This document shows positions 48,878 through 62,377 of a stretch of 64,000 nt of DNA, one piece after another (positions within the stretch are counted from its first letter, which is position 1; each line of letters opens with the position of its first letter). The stretch spans positions 4,712,001 to 4,776,000 of the forward strand of contig NC_043022.1 of NCBI RefSeq assembly GCF_006345805.1. The letters are read 5' to 3'. The position numbers and the translations under genes were made by a program. Below the pieces are notes generated by a model, which did not search any database, was not told the DNA's origin, and worked only from the letters and a program-made list of their open reading frames with translations. The stretch is from Octopus sinensis. Taxonomy: Eukaryota.

Positions 48878-49600
48878 ACTATATAATTCTTCATTATATT
48901 CAATATTAATCGAAACAAATAATGGGACAAGCTGGAAGAGTCGTTGGCAGTGTAGTAATAATGCTTAGAGGCATTTCGTGCCAAAATTGAAGCAAAGACA
49001 TTGTGTTTCAACAGGAATATAGTAACGAAAGGGTTATAATGATCTAAATTGGAACCTTCCATTAAAAGTTTTGCATTCGAAAGATGAGTTCAATGTTGTA
49101 TGTCACCACAAGGTTCAATGGAACATACTGAAGCTCACAGCATGACGACGAGCGATGGCGAGGCTAAGACGTTGGAACAGCCAAGCACCCACATTGGTGG
49201 CTCATGCCTGGTTCATAAGAGCCAGTTTCCCGGTTTCATTGGCATATAGGTCCCCCACCTGGACAGGATGCCGGTCCGTCTCAGGTGAGCTGCTAGATGC
49301 AGAAGGAAAGAGTGAAATAAAGTTGTGGCGAAAAAGTCAGTGGAAATTCGCCATTACCTTCTGCAAGAACCGCATGGAGCTTAGGTGTTTCACTTGTAAA
49401 CACACATCGCTCGGTCTCAGATTCGAACCAGCAATCCCTTGACCACTGCTCTAACTACTAGGCCATGTGTCTCCATGAGTTCAATAATAATGGTTAATTT
49501 ACTAAGTTCTTCATTATCTTCAAAATTAATTGAAACAAAGGTATTTCAACTGTGATATGATAACGGAAAGGCTAATAAGCAAATAATTAAACTGAGACAT

Positions 49601-49970
49601 GTGGAGGCGCAATGGCCCAGTGGTTAGGGCAGCGGACTCGCGGTTTCGATTCCCAGACCGGGTGTTGTCAGTGTTTATTGAGCGAAAACACCTAAAGCTC
49701 CACGAGGCTCCGGCAGGGGATGGTGGTGATCCCTGCTGTACTCTTTCACCACAACTTTCTCTCACTCTTACTTCCTGTTTCTGTTGTACCTGTATTTCAA
49801 AGGGCCGGCCTTGTCACTCTCTGTGTCAAGCTGAATATCCCCGAGAACTACGTTCAGGGTACACGTGTCTGTGGAGTGCTCAGCCACTTACACGTTAATT
49901 TCACGAGCAGGCTGTTCCGTTGATTCGGATCAACCGGAACCCTCGTCGTCGTAACCGACGGAGTGCTTCC
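49601..49970 (+). mobile_element. SINE family B1
   Basis: Near-TSD aaactgagaca (49589-49599) / aaactaagaca (49975-49985). Confidence 0.9.
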
Positions 49971-50119
49971 ACACAAACTAAGACACCAGGATTTGAGCAT
50001 CCGACCAGCCAGAGTGGAATTTGAACTCAGAACGTAGAGGGGACGAGATTTGATAGTCATGTTCGACATAACTAGACTTTGGTGCCCTGCCATTACCAAT
50101 TTTTATTTCCTCAAAATTA

Positions 50120-50560
50120 TCTTTAAAATGTATATTTTGTAATGAAATTTTGCAGAAATAACGTGTTAGAAGATGTAGCTTACGATTATTTTGATAAAAA
50201 TTGAGAAAAGAAAAAGAAAATGGAGAGGAAATTTGGATATCGTTCTCCCCCGATCAAATTTAGTTCTGCATAACTCTCTTTAAAATGAGTGTTTTTACAC
50301 GAAATTTAGCATAAATATGTTTTAGATGGTGTAGATAACGATTGTGTAGATAAAATTTAGGGAAGAAAAGAAGAAAAAAAATGCAAAATGAGAAACTTTG
50401 GATACCATTCTCCCTGCCCCGATTTTGTTTCCTTCTTACATTCTTTAAAATGCATATTTTTTCATGAAATTTTACAGAAATACATTTTTGAGTGTAGATT
50501 ACGATTGTGAAGATAACGTTTAGAAACAAAATTTTAAGGGTTTTTTTTTTTTTTCTGTTT
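50120..50560. repeat. Old degenerate ~160-bp tandem repeat, about 3 units
   Basis: tttaaaatg...gaaatttt.cag/ataaat...tgtagat.acgatt at about 50123, 50279 and 50443. Confidence 0.6.
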
Positions 50561-51062
50561 TTTTTGAGGACTTTCGTATTCTCTTTTCCTCTTTCCCCTA
50601 TTTTGTTGCCAAAAATTTTCCATAACTTCACCGTTTTTCACCTTTTTTTCCCCTGAATTTTCTGGTTTTCATTTTTACCGAATTCTTATGTTTGAAGAAT
50701 CGACATTAAAATTCTGAAAAGAGGGGGGAGGTGGTGGGAAATAAATAAATCCTTTTCTTGTCTTTCGTTCCTGAAATTTTTGTTTTTACTTCACATTTTT
50801 ATTCCTGCAAACTTTACAATAATAATAATAATAATAATAATAATCAAAGAAATATATATTCAATAATTAATTTTTAGCGACAGATGCATTATAAATACCA
50901 AGTGGTAATCTTTTCATCCAACTTAACGTGGGTGCCATGTTAGAACACCAAATACTGCGTTATGAGGTGTGAGAGATCCTCTCATATAAGTGCTTGATGC
51001 ATAAAAGCACATACATAGATCGTAGTGGATGAAATTTGTCTGTCATGGGCACCAGAATTTCT

Positions 51063-51102
51063 ATATCACGTCATTTCGGCTTATTGGACTTCATCAGTGT
51101 AA
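51063..51102 (-). ncRNA. Degenerate hammerhead motif
   Basis: CTGATGA agtccaataagcc GAAA tgacgtga TA tagaaat; mismatches in stems I, II and III. Confidence 0.5.
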
Positions 51103-51184
51103 AGCACCGATCACCGCATGCCAATCAAATCCTGTCGCCATGACACATAGAATATCAACATCTTTTTAGACACTGATACTATTT

Positions 51185-51565
51185 ACTCTTTTACCTGTTT
51201 CAGTCATTTGACTGCGGCCATGCTGGAGCACCGCCTTTAGTCGAGCAAATCGACCCCGGGACTTATTCTTTGTAAGCCCAGTACTTATTCTATCGGTCTC
51301 TTTTGCCGAACCACTAAGTGACGGGGACGTAAACACACCAGCATCTGTTGTCAAGCAATGCTAGGGGGACAAACACAAACACACACATATATATATATAC
51401 ATATATACGACAGGCTTCTTTCAGTTTCCGTCTACCAAATCCACTCACAAGGCATTGGTCGGCCCGGGGCTATAATAGAAGACACTTGCCCAAGATGCCA
51501 CGCAGTGGGACTGAACCCAGAACCATGTGGTTGGTAAGCAAGCTACTTACCACACAGCCACTCCA
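51185..51565 (-). mobile_element. SINE family A
   Basis: Family A consensus. Confidence 0.92.
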
Positions 51566-51959
51566 CTGATGTTGCAAAAGAGAAAAAAAAAAAAAAACAG
51601 CTGGCTTATTAAAAGGTAAAGTCGACTGTGGAATTTGAACGCAGAACATAAAGACGGGCGAATTTCAAAATTTGGCACAAGGCCAGCAATTTTAGGAGGA
51701 GGGAGTAAGACGATTAGATTGACGTCAGTGCTCAGCTGGTACTGAGTTCAAATTCCACTGAGATCGACCTTGCCTTTCATCCCTCCGGGTGTTGATAAAA
51801 TAAGTACTAAACTGAGCAATTACCACACACACACACACCTCTATTATTTTTGGGTGGATGGGTGGGGGTTGTCTTCCATCACCCCACTCCCTTTTGGCCA
51901 CCCTATTGTTGCCCCATTTCAACGCCCCCTCTTGATCTTTCCACCGCCCACAGATGGGG

Positions 51960-52188
51960 CAGTACCTATTTCTTTACTACCCATAAGGGGCTAAACACAG
52001 AGGGGACAAACAAGGACAGACAAACGGATTAAGTCGATTACATCGACCCCAATGCGTAACTGGTACTTATTTAATCGACCCCGAAAGGATGAAAGGCAAA
52101 GTCGACCTCGGCGGAATTTGAACTCAGAACGTAACGGCAGACGAAATACGGCTACGCATTTCGCCCGGCGTGCTAACGTTTCTGCCAC
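51960..52188 (-). mobile_element. SINE family C, full length
   Basis: Family C consensus. Confidence 0.92.
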
Positions 52189-52540
52189 TGGGTTGAAAGA
52201 ATAAATTCTTTTAGATTCAGAACATATATCATCGACTCACCCCTACTCCCGCCGTTGCTGCCAACACCACCACCACCAACACCAGATCCCCACCCAAAAA
52301 ATATAACTACGTATATGAAACTTGAAAAACCAAATTTAGTTACAGCTGGACGACAGGAAGCTGTAACTACAATCATCGTCAAGCCTTCCCTTGATTGTGT
52401 GTGTGTAGTTTTATTTTATATATTGAAACTTATTGACAGTTTGTGCCCCGTGCCATGAGTTTCATGCCATTGCGATCTGTAGGCGAGCTGGAATCGCGAG
52501 ACGAACTCGCGATTTCTGTTTCGATAAAAAAACAACCTAT

Positions 52541-52712
52541 AGGCGCAGGAGTGGCTGTGTGGTAAGTAGCTTGCTAACCAACCACATGGTTCCGGGTTCA
52601 GTCCCACTGCGTGGCATCTGGGGCAAGTGTCTTCTGCTATAGTCCTGGGCCGACCAATGCCTTGTGAGTGGATTTGGTAGACGGAAACTGAAAGAAGCCT
52701 GTCGTATATATG

Positions 52713-52743
<31 letters not shown>

Positions 52744-52950
52744 TTGTGTGTCTGTGTTTGTCCCCCTAGCATTGCTTGACAACCGATGCTGGTGTGTTTA
52801 CATCCCCGTCACTTAGCGGTTCGGCAAAAGAGACCGATAGAATAAGTACTGGGCTTACAATGAATAAGTCCCGGGGTCGATTTGATCGACTAAAGCCGGT
52901 GCTCCAGCATGGCCGCAGTCAAATGACTGAAACAAGTAAAAGAGTAAAGA
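52541..52950 (+). mobile_element. SINE family A, full length
   Basis: Family A consensus. Confidence 0.92.
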
Positions 52951-53074
52951 GTATATACTCCACATGTATTGAATAGATTTTTCTCATTTGTTCGAGATAC
53001 GTATATTTAAAAGAAGACGAAAGTGGAGATTGGGAAGTTAACAGTTGTTTATTATTTACAGCAAATTGGTCATC

Positions 53075-53156
53075 TTCACTTACAGCCGTTTCTATTAATA
53101 TTCTATGAACATTAAATTTACATTTATGCTACATGAGCATAATATCATCAGCGGAA
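53075..53156 (-). ncRNA. Hammerhead motif with extended stem II, partly degenerate
   Basis: CTGATGA tatta...taata GAAA cggctg TA agtg; inner hairpin atgct/agcat; stem I broken; AATAAA follows near 53050. Confidence 0.6.
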
Positions 53157-53346
53157 AAAAGATGTACCATTGAATGCTATATATGTGTTTGTGAAGTCAT
53201 CATATGTATGTATATATATATATATAAATAGGAGTAAATCCAAACTTACAGGAAAAAATTAGATTTAGGATTAAATCTAATTTTACAGTATAATATATAT
53301 ATATATATATTATATAATATATATATATATATATATATATTATATA

Positions 53347-53477
53347 CAAGGTGTCCCCAAAAAATGTATACCCACCTTAAATAATTGTAAATTTGTTATT
53401 CTTTGTAAGCCTAGTACTTATTCTATCGTTCTGTTTTGCCGAACCACTATGTGAATACATTTTTTTGGGACACCCTG
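53347..53477. mobile_element. Tc1/mariner-type MITE enclosing a SINE A fragment
   Basis: caaggtgtccccaaaaaatgtat / atacattttttttgggacaccctg-type ends within TA tracts; SINE piece ttattctttgtaagcctagtacttattctatcg inside. Confidence 0.65.
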
Positions 53478-53580
<103 letters not shown>

Positions 53581-54023
53581 GAAGGTACAAGTGAGGATAT
53601 AAACCTTGGAGGGATAGAAATATCCAAAATTAAACTGGTTGAATGCCTTACAAAGCAGACACATCCATATTAATATTATGCAAAACAACAGAGAAGATGT
53701 AGATAAGATTAACAAAAGTTCATTAACCTTGTCGATCTCCATCTTCTCCATCTTGTTTTGTGTATATATATAGACAAGAAGATGGTGATGAAGAGAAAGA
53801 TAAGGATGAAGATGACCTTTGCTTGTGGGATTCGAACGTTGCACCTACTAAACTGTATAGTTATGTGTAACCCTCGCCTCAAAGCGATGTCACCTTTTTT
53901 AGCGTACATTTATATATGCATATATACTCTTTACTATTTTACTTGTTTCAGTCATTCGACTGCGGCCATGCTGGAGCATCGCCTTTAATCGAGTACTGTA
54001 AGCCCAGTACTTATTCTATCGGT

Positions 54024-54123
54024 NNNNNNNNNNNNNNNNNNNNNNNNNNNNNNNNNNNNNNNNNNNNNNNNNNNNNNNNNNNNNNNNNNNNNNNNNNNNN
54101 NNNNNNNNNNNNNNNNNNNNNNN
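54024..54123. other. Assembly gap (100 N)
   Basis: N run. Confidence 1.
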
Positions 54124-54469
54124 GATAAATTAAATAGCACATTGATCTTCTTGAATAGAAAGGTAGGTTTGATGAGAGAGATTATTGTTCTGTGTATACA
54201 TATGTAGCATATATGTATGTACGTATCTATATCTATATGCATTTATGTATGTATGTGTGTGTGTGTATTACGATAGTGGTAAGATTGGTAGGGTGGACAG
54301 TAGTGATGGTGTGTGTGTATGTGTGTGTGTGTATCAAGTTGGAAAGAAAGTCCATGTTGCACTTCAAGATGGCAAACAAATGCTTCTTAGGTCATAATTG
54401 TTATATACCTCCTCCCCCACCACTCTAAAAAGAGATTTTTTGTTTTGTCTTGCAAAGTACTTGGTGACC

Positions 54470-54765
54470 CTGTCAGCGCAGGTGCCACTGAAAAGCACCC
54501 AGTCCACACTGTAAAGTAGTTGGTGTTCGGAAGGTCATCCAGTTGTAACAAAACCTTGCCAAAACTGACCTTGCCTGTGCGAATGTCCTGCAAAAAGCAC
54601 TCAGTCCACTCTGCTGAGTGGTTGGTGATAGGAAGGGCATCCAGCTGTAGAGATCCTGCCAAAACAGTCACAGAAGTCTGGCGCAGGCTTCTGCTTGGCC
54701 TGCTCTTGTGAAACCATCCCACCCATGCTAGCATGGAAGGCGGATGTTAAATGATGATGATGATA
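54470..54765 (+). mobile_element. Family D-related retroposon variant (another at 55965-56265)
   Basis: ggaagggcatccagctgtag motif and (GAT)n tail. Confidence 0.7.
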
Positions 54766-54804
54766 TATTATATATATATATACCATATATGATATATATA
54801 TATA

Positions 54805-54837
<33 letters not shown>

Positions 54838-54846
54838 CATGTGTGG

Positions 54847-54881
<35 letters not shown>

Positions 54882-55131
54882 AATAAATGTGCCTGTAAAG
54901 CCTAGCCCTGCTCATGGGCCTAGTTTCCCAGTTTCTATGGCATATGTGTCCCCAGCTTGACGGGACGCGCCAGTCCATCGCAGCGTTTCTCATTTTTGCC
55001 AGCTGAGTGGACTAGAGCAATGTGAAATGAAGTGTTTTGCTCAAGAACACAAACACGTTACCGGGTCTAGGAATCGAAACCACATATTACGATCATGATG
55101 CTGAACCTTAACCACTAGCCACATGCCTCCA

Positions 55132-55269
55132 CTATATATATATATATATATATATCATAATATATATATATATATATATATTATATATAAGATATATATA
55201 ATATATATATAAATATATATATATATAAATAATATATATATATATAAATATATATATAAAATATATATT

Positions 55270-55301
<32 letters not shown>

Positions 55302-55547
55302 GATATATATATAATATATATATATAAATATATATATATATAAATATATATATATATAAATATATATATATAATATATATATATAAATATATATATAATA
55401 AATATATATATATATAAATATATATATATAAATATATATATATATAAATATATATATATAAATATATATATATATAAATATATATATATATAATATATAT
55501 AATATATAAATATATATATATATAAATATTATATATATATAAATATA

Positions 55548-55582
<35 letters not shown>

Positions 55583-55701
55583 CTATATATATATGTATAT
55601 GTATATATGTATATATATATATATATATATTACTATATATATATATGTATAGTATTATATATATATATATATATTAATATATATATATATATGTATATGT
55701 A

Positions 55702-55746
<45 letters not shown>

Positions 55747-55750
55747 ATGT
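55132..55750. repeat. (TA)n-rich low-complexity tract
   Basis: Direct inspection. Confidence 0.95.
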
Positions 55751-56457
55751 ATGTATATCTTTAATTTTTTTATTGTTTCAGTCATTTGACTCAGCCATGT
55801 TGGAGTACCGGCTTTAGTCGAACAAATCAACCAGAAGATTTATTCTTTGTAAGCCTGCCACGCAGTGGGACTGAACCCAGAACCATGTGGTTGGGAAGCA
55901 AGTTTCTTACCACACAACCATGCCTGCACCTGTATATACTTTTTTTTTCTTTGTCTTGCAAGTACTTGGTGACCCTGTCAGTGTAGGGGCCCACTTAAAA
56001 GCATCCAGTCCACACTGTAAAGTGGATGGCATTTGGAAGGGCATCCAGCTATAAAAACCTTGCCAAAACTGACCTCACCTGTGCAGTGCCACGTAAAAAA
56101 AAACTCTAAGTCCACTCTGCAGAATGGTTGGTGTTAGGAAGAGCATCCAGCCGTAAAAAAAAGCCCGCTAACACAGACACAATGGCCTGGGATAGTCTTC
56201 TACCTGGCTGGCTCCTGTCAACCGTTCCACCCATGCCAGCATGGAAGGCGGGATATTAAGCAATGATAAATCAAGATAATATTCCCCTCTCATTATTCTT
56301 CTGCAACTGATTTTGCCTTTCATTCTTTCGGAGGGTCAATAAAGTAAATACCAGTTGAACACTGGGGGTTGATGTGATCAACTTTCCCCCCACCCCTTAA
56401 ATTACAGGCCTTGTGCTGAAATTTGAGAATAGTATTTTTCATCATTATTGAGATATA

Positions 56458-56880
56458 GGCGCAGGAGTGGCTGTGTGGTAAGTAGCTTGCCTACCAACCA
56501 CATGGTTCCGGGTTCAGTCCCACTGCGTGGCATCTTGGGCAAGTGTCTTCTGCTATAGCCTCGGGCCGACCAAAGCCTTGTGAGTGGATTTGGTAGACGG
56601 AAACTGAAAGAAGCCTGTCGTATATATGTATATATGTGTGTGTGTGTGTATATGTTTGTGTGTCTGTGTTTGTCCCCCTAGCATTGCTTGACAACCGATG
56701 CTGGTGTGTTTACGTCCCCGTCACTTAGCGGTTTGGCAAAAGAGACCGATAGAATAAGTACTGGGCTTACAAAGAATAAGTCCCGGGGTCGATTTGCTCG
56801 ACTAAAGGCGGTGCTCCAGCATGGCCGCAGTCAAATGACTGAAACAAGTAAAAAGAGAAAAAAAAAAAAGAGAAAGAGAA
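56458..56880 (+). mobile_element. SINE family A, full length
   Basis: Family A consensus. Confidence 0.92.
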
Positions 56881-57375
56881 CATAATAAAGGTAAAAAACA
56901 TAAAGGTTACCTTCTTGAGTCCTGCTGACTCATAAGGGCCAGTTTCCCGGTTTCCATGGCATAGGAATTCCCCACTTGGACATTGATCCATCACAGGGTT
57001 ATTCATTTTCACTTTTGCCAGCCGAGTGGACAGGAGCAACGTGAAATGAAGTGTTTTGCTCAAGGACACAATGCGTTGCACAGTCCAGGAATTGAAACCA
57101 CAATCTCACAATCATGAGTCCAACACCCTAACCACTAAGCCACGCAGCTTCACAAAATATTAGGTAAAGTTACTTTCTCGAATCATGCCGACTTGTAAGG
57201 GCCAGTTTCCCAGTTTCATCACCTAAATATTCCCCCTTCTGGATTGGATGTGCCGGTCTGGTGCAGAATTACTCATTTTTTGCAGGTTAAGTCACTTGGG
57301 AAATGTGAAATGAAGTGTTTTGCTCAAGAACACAATATATCGCCCGGTCTAGGAATTGAAACCACAATCTTATGA

Positions 57376-60300
57376 TAATGAGCCCAAGCAGGATGGGAAG
57401 CTGGTCTGTCACTGGATGACTCCTTTTCGCCAGCTGAGTGGACTGGAGCAATGTGAAATGAAAGGTTTTGCTCAAGGACGCAATGCATCACCCGGTCTAG
57501 GAATTGAAACCACAATCTTACGATCATGAGCCCAAGCAGGATGGGAAGCTGGTCTGTCACTGGATGACTCCTTTTCGCCAGCTGAGTGGACTGGAGCAAT
57601 GTGAAATGAAAGGTTTTGCTCAAGGACGCAATGCATCACCCGGTCTAGGAATTGAAACCACAATCTTACGATCATGAGCCCAAGCAGGATGGGAAGCTGG
57701 TCTGTCACTGGATGACTCCTTTTCGCCAGCTGAGTGGACTGGAGCAATGTGAAATGAAAGGTTTTGCTCAAGGACGCAATGCATCCACCCGGTCTAGGAA
57801 TTGAAACCACAATCTTATGATAATGAGCCCAAGCAGGATGGGAAGCTGGTCTGTCACTGGATGACTCCTTTTCGCCAGCTGAGTGGACTGGAGCAATGTG
57901 AAATGAAAGTTTTGCTCAAGGACGCAATGCATCACCCGGTCTAGGAATTGAAACCACAATCTTATGATAATGAGCCCAAGCAGGATGGGAAGCTGTCTGT
58001 CACTGGATGACTCCTTTTCGCCAGCTGAGTGGACTGGAGCAATGTGAAATGAAAGGTTTTGCTCAAGGACGCAATGCATCACCCGGTCTAGGATTGAAAC
58101 CACAATCTTATGATAATGAGCCCAAGCAGATTGGAAGCTGGTCTGTCACTGGATGACTCCTTTTCGCCAGCTGAGTGGACTGGAGCAATGTGAAATGAAA
58201 GGTTTTGCTCAAGACGCAATGCATCACCCGGTCTAGGAATTGAAACCACAATCTTACGATCATGACCCAAGCAGGATGGGAAGCTGGTCTGTCACTGGAT
58301 GACTCCTTTTCGCCAGCTGAGTGGACTGGAGCAATGTGAATGAAAGGTTTTGCTCAAGGACGCAATGCATCACCCGGTCTAGGAATTGAAACCACAATCT
58401 TACGATCATGAGCCCAAGCAGGATGGAAGCTGGTCTGTCACTGGATGACTCCTTTTCGCCAGCTGAGTGGACTGGAGCAATGTGAAATGAAAGGTTTTGC
58501 TCAAGGACCAATGCATCACCCGGTCTAGGAATTGAAACACACAATCTTATGATAATGAGCCCAAGCAGGATGGGAAGCTGGTCTGTCACTGGATGACTCC
58601 TTTTCGCCAGCTGAGTGGACTGGAGCAATGTGAAATGAAAGGTTTTGCTCAAGGACGCAATGCATCACCCGGTCTAGGAATTGAAACCACAATCTTACGA
58701 TCATGAGCCCAAGCAGGATGGGAAGCTGGTCTGTCACTGGATGACTCCTTTTCGCCAGCTGAGTGGACTGGAGCAATGTGAAATGAAAGGTTTTGCTCAA
58801 GGACGCAATGCATCACCCGGTCTAGGAATTGAAACCACAATCTTATGATAATGAGCCCAAGCAGGATGGGAAGCTGGTCTGTCACTGGATGACTCCTTTT
58901 CGCCAGCTGAGTGGACTGGAGCAATGTGAAATGAAAGGTTTTGCTCAAGGACGCAATGCATCACCCGGTCTAGGAATTGAAACCACAATCTTATGATAAT
59001 GAGCCCAAGCAGGATGGGAAGCTGGTCTGTCACTGGATGACTCCTTTTCGCCAGCTGAGTGGACTGGAGCAATGTGAATGAAGGTTTTTGCTCAAGGACG
59101 CAATGCATCACCCGGTCTAGGAATTGAAACCACAATCTTATGATATGAGCCCAAGCAGGATGGAAGCTGGTCTGTCACTGGATGACTCCTTTTCGCCAGC
59201 TGAGTGGACTGGAGCAATGTGAATGAAAGGTTTTGCTCAAGGACGCAATGCTCACCCGGTCTAGGAATTGAAACCACAATCTTACGATCATGAGCCCAAG
59301 CAGGATGGGAAGCTGGTCTGTCACTGGATGACTCCTTTTCGCCAGCTGAGTGGACTGGAGCAATGTGAAATGAAAGTTTTGCTCAAGGACGCAATGCATC
59401 ACCCGGTCTAGGAATTGAAACCACAATCTTAATGATAATGAGCCCAAGCAGGATGGGAGCTGGTCTGTCACTGGATGACTCCTTTTCGCCAGCTGAGTGG
59501 ACTGGAGCAATGTGAAATGAAAGGTTTTGCTCAAGGACGCAAGCATCACCCGGTCTAGGAATTGAAACCACAATCTTATGATAATGAGCCAAGCAGGATG
59601 GGAGCTGTCTGTCACGGATGACTCCTTTTCGCCAGCTGAGTGGACTGGAGCAATGTGAAATGAAAGGTTTTGCTCAAGGACGCAATGCATCACCCGGTCT
59701 AGGAATTGAAACCACAATCTTACGATCATGAGCCCAAGCAGGATGGGAAGCTGGTCTGTCACTGGATGACTCCTTTTCGCCAGCTGAGTGGACTGGAGCA
59801 ATGTGAAATGAAAGGTTTTGCTCAAGGACGCAATGCATCACCCGGTCTAGGAATTGAAACCACATCTTACGATCATGAGCCCAAGCGATGGGAAGCTGGT
59901 CTGTCACTGGATGACTCCTTTTCGCCAGCTGAGTGGACTGGAGCAATGTGAAATGAAAGGTTTTGCTCAAGGACGCAATGCATCACCCGGTCTAGGAATT
60001 GAAACCACAATCTTACGATCATGAGCCCAAGCAGGATGGGAAGCTGGTCTGTCACTGGATGACTCCTTTTCGCCAGCTGAGTGGACTGGAGCAATGTAAA
60101 TGAAAGGTTTTTGCTCAAGGACGCAATGCATCACCCGGTCTAGGAATTGAAACCACAATCTTACGATCATGAACCCAAGCAGGATGGGAAGCTGTCTGTC
60201 ACTGGATGACTCCTTTTCGCCAGCTGAGTGGACTGGAGCAATGTGAAATGAAAGGTTTTGCTCAAGGACGCAATGCAATCACCCGGTCTAGGAATTGAAA

Positions 60301-62313
60301 CCACAATCTTACGATCATGAGCCCAGCAGGATGGTAAGCTGGTCTGTCACTGGAGACTCCTTTTCGCCAGCTGAGTGGACTGGAGCAATGTGAAATGAAA
60401 GGTTTTGCTCAAGGACGCAATGCATCACCCGGTCTAGGAATTGAAACCACAATCTTATGATAATGAGCCCAAGCAGGATGGGAAGCTGGTCTGTCACTGG
60501 ATGACTCCTTTTCGCCAGCTGAGTGGACTGGAGCAATGTGAAATGAAAGGTTTTGCTCAAGGACCAATGCATCACCCGGTCTAAGGAATTGAAACCACAA
60601 TCTTACGATCATGAGCCCAAGCAGGATGGGAAGCTGGTCTGTCACTGGATGACTCCTTTTCGCCAGCTGAGTGGACTGGAGCAATGTGAAATGAAGGTTT
60701 TGCTCAAGGACGCAATGCATCACCCGTTCTATGAATTGAAACCACAATCTTATGATAATGAGCCCAAGCAGGATGGGAAGCTGGTCTGTCACTGGATGAC
60801 TCCTTTTCGCCAGCTGAGTGGACTGGAGCAATGTGAAATGAAAGGTTTTGCTCAAGGACGCAATGCATCACCCGGTCTAGGAATTGAAACCACAATCTTA
60901 TGATAATGAGCCCAAGCAGGATGGGAAGCTGGTCTGTCACTGGATGACTCCTTTTCGCCAGCTGAGTGGACTGGAGCAATGTGAAATGAAAGGTTTTGCT
61001 CAAGGACGCAATGCATCACCCGGTCTAGGAATTGAAACCACAATCTTGATAATGAGCCCAAGCAGGATGGGAAGCTGGTCTGTCACTGGATGACTCCTTT
61101 TCGCCAGCTGAGTGGACTGGAGCAATGTGAAATGAAAGGTTTTGCTCAAGGACGCAATGCATCCCCGGTCTAGGAATTGAAACCACAATCTTACGATCAT
61201 GAGCCCGCAGGATGGGAAGCTGGTCTGTCACTGGATGACTCCTTTTCGCCAGCTGAGTGGACTGGAGCAATGTGAAATGAAAGGTTTTGCTCAAGGACGC
61301 AATGCATCACCCGGTCTAGGAATTAAACCACAATCTTATGATAATGAGCCCAAGCAGGATGGAAGCTGGTCTGTCACTGGATGACTCCTTTTCGCCAGCT
61401 GAGTGGACTGGAGCAATGTGAAATGAAAGGTTTTGCTCAAGGACGCAATGCATCACCCGGTCTAGGAATTGAAACCACAATCTTATGATAATGAGCCCAA
61501 GCAGGATGGGAAGCTGGTCTGTCACTGGATGACTCCTTTTCGCCAGCTGAGTGGACTGGAGCAATGTGAAATGAAAGGTTTTGCTCAAGGACGCAATGCA
61601 TCACCCGGTCTAGGAATTGAAACCACAATCTTACGATCATGAGCCCAAGCAGGATGGGAAGCTGGTCTGTCACTGGATGACTCCTTTTCGCCAGCTGAGT
61701 GGACTGGAGCAATGTGAAATGAAAGGTTTTGCTCAAGGACGCAATGCATCACCCGGTCTAGGAATTGAAACCACAATCTTACGATCATGAGCCCAAGCGG
61801 ATGGGAAAGCTGGTCTGTCACTGGATGACTCCTTTTCGCCAGCTGAGTGGACTGGAGCAATGTGAAATGAAGGTTTTGCTCAAGGACGCAATGCATCACC
61901 CGGTCTAGGAATTGAAACCACAATCTTACGATCATGAGCCCAAGCAGGATGGGAAGCTGGTCTGTCACTGGATGACTCCTTTTCGCCAGCTGAGTGGACT
62001 GGAGCAATGTGAAATGAAAGGTTTTGCTCAAGGACGCAATGCTCACCCGGTCTAGGAATTGAAACCACAATCTTACGATCATGAGCCCAAGCAGGATGGG
62101 AAGCTGGTCTGTCACTGGATGACTCCTTTTCGCCAGCTGAGTGGACTGGAGCAATGTGAAATGAAAGGTTTTGCTCAAGGACGCAATGCATCACCCGGTC
62201 TAGGAATTGAAACCACAATCTTACGATCATGAGCCCAAGCAGGATGGGAAGCTGGTCTGTCACTGGATGACTCCTTTTTGCCAGCTGAGTGGACTGGAGC
62301 AATGTGAAATGAA
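57376..62313. repeat. Satellite array, 148-bp monomer, about 33-34 units, derived from a family B SINE (minus strand)
   Basis: Unit gagcaatgtgaaatgaaaggttttgctcaaggacgcaatgcatcacccggtctaggaattgaaaccacaatcttacgatcatgagcccaagcaggatgggaagctggtctgtcactggatgactccttttcgccagctgagtggactg; its reverse complement matches the SINE B-box and core seen at 54950-55120 and 57010-57150. Confidence 0.95.
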
Positions 62314-62377
62314 GGTAACAATACACAATACACTGCCTAGTCTGGGAATTGAAACCACAATCATACGATCATGATCC

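Noticed and set aside
57287-62326. Many repeated ORFs (MSKTFHFTLLQSTQLAKRS...) and a possible CRISPR-like array
   Set aside because: Satellite monomers are 148 bp (not a multiple of 3) and identical throughout, with no unique spacers
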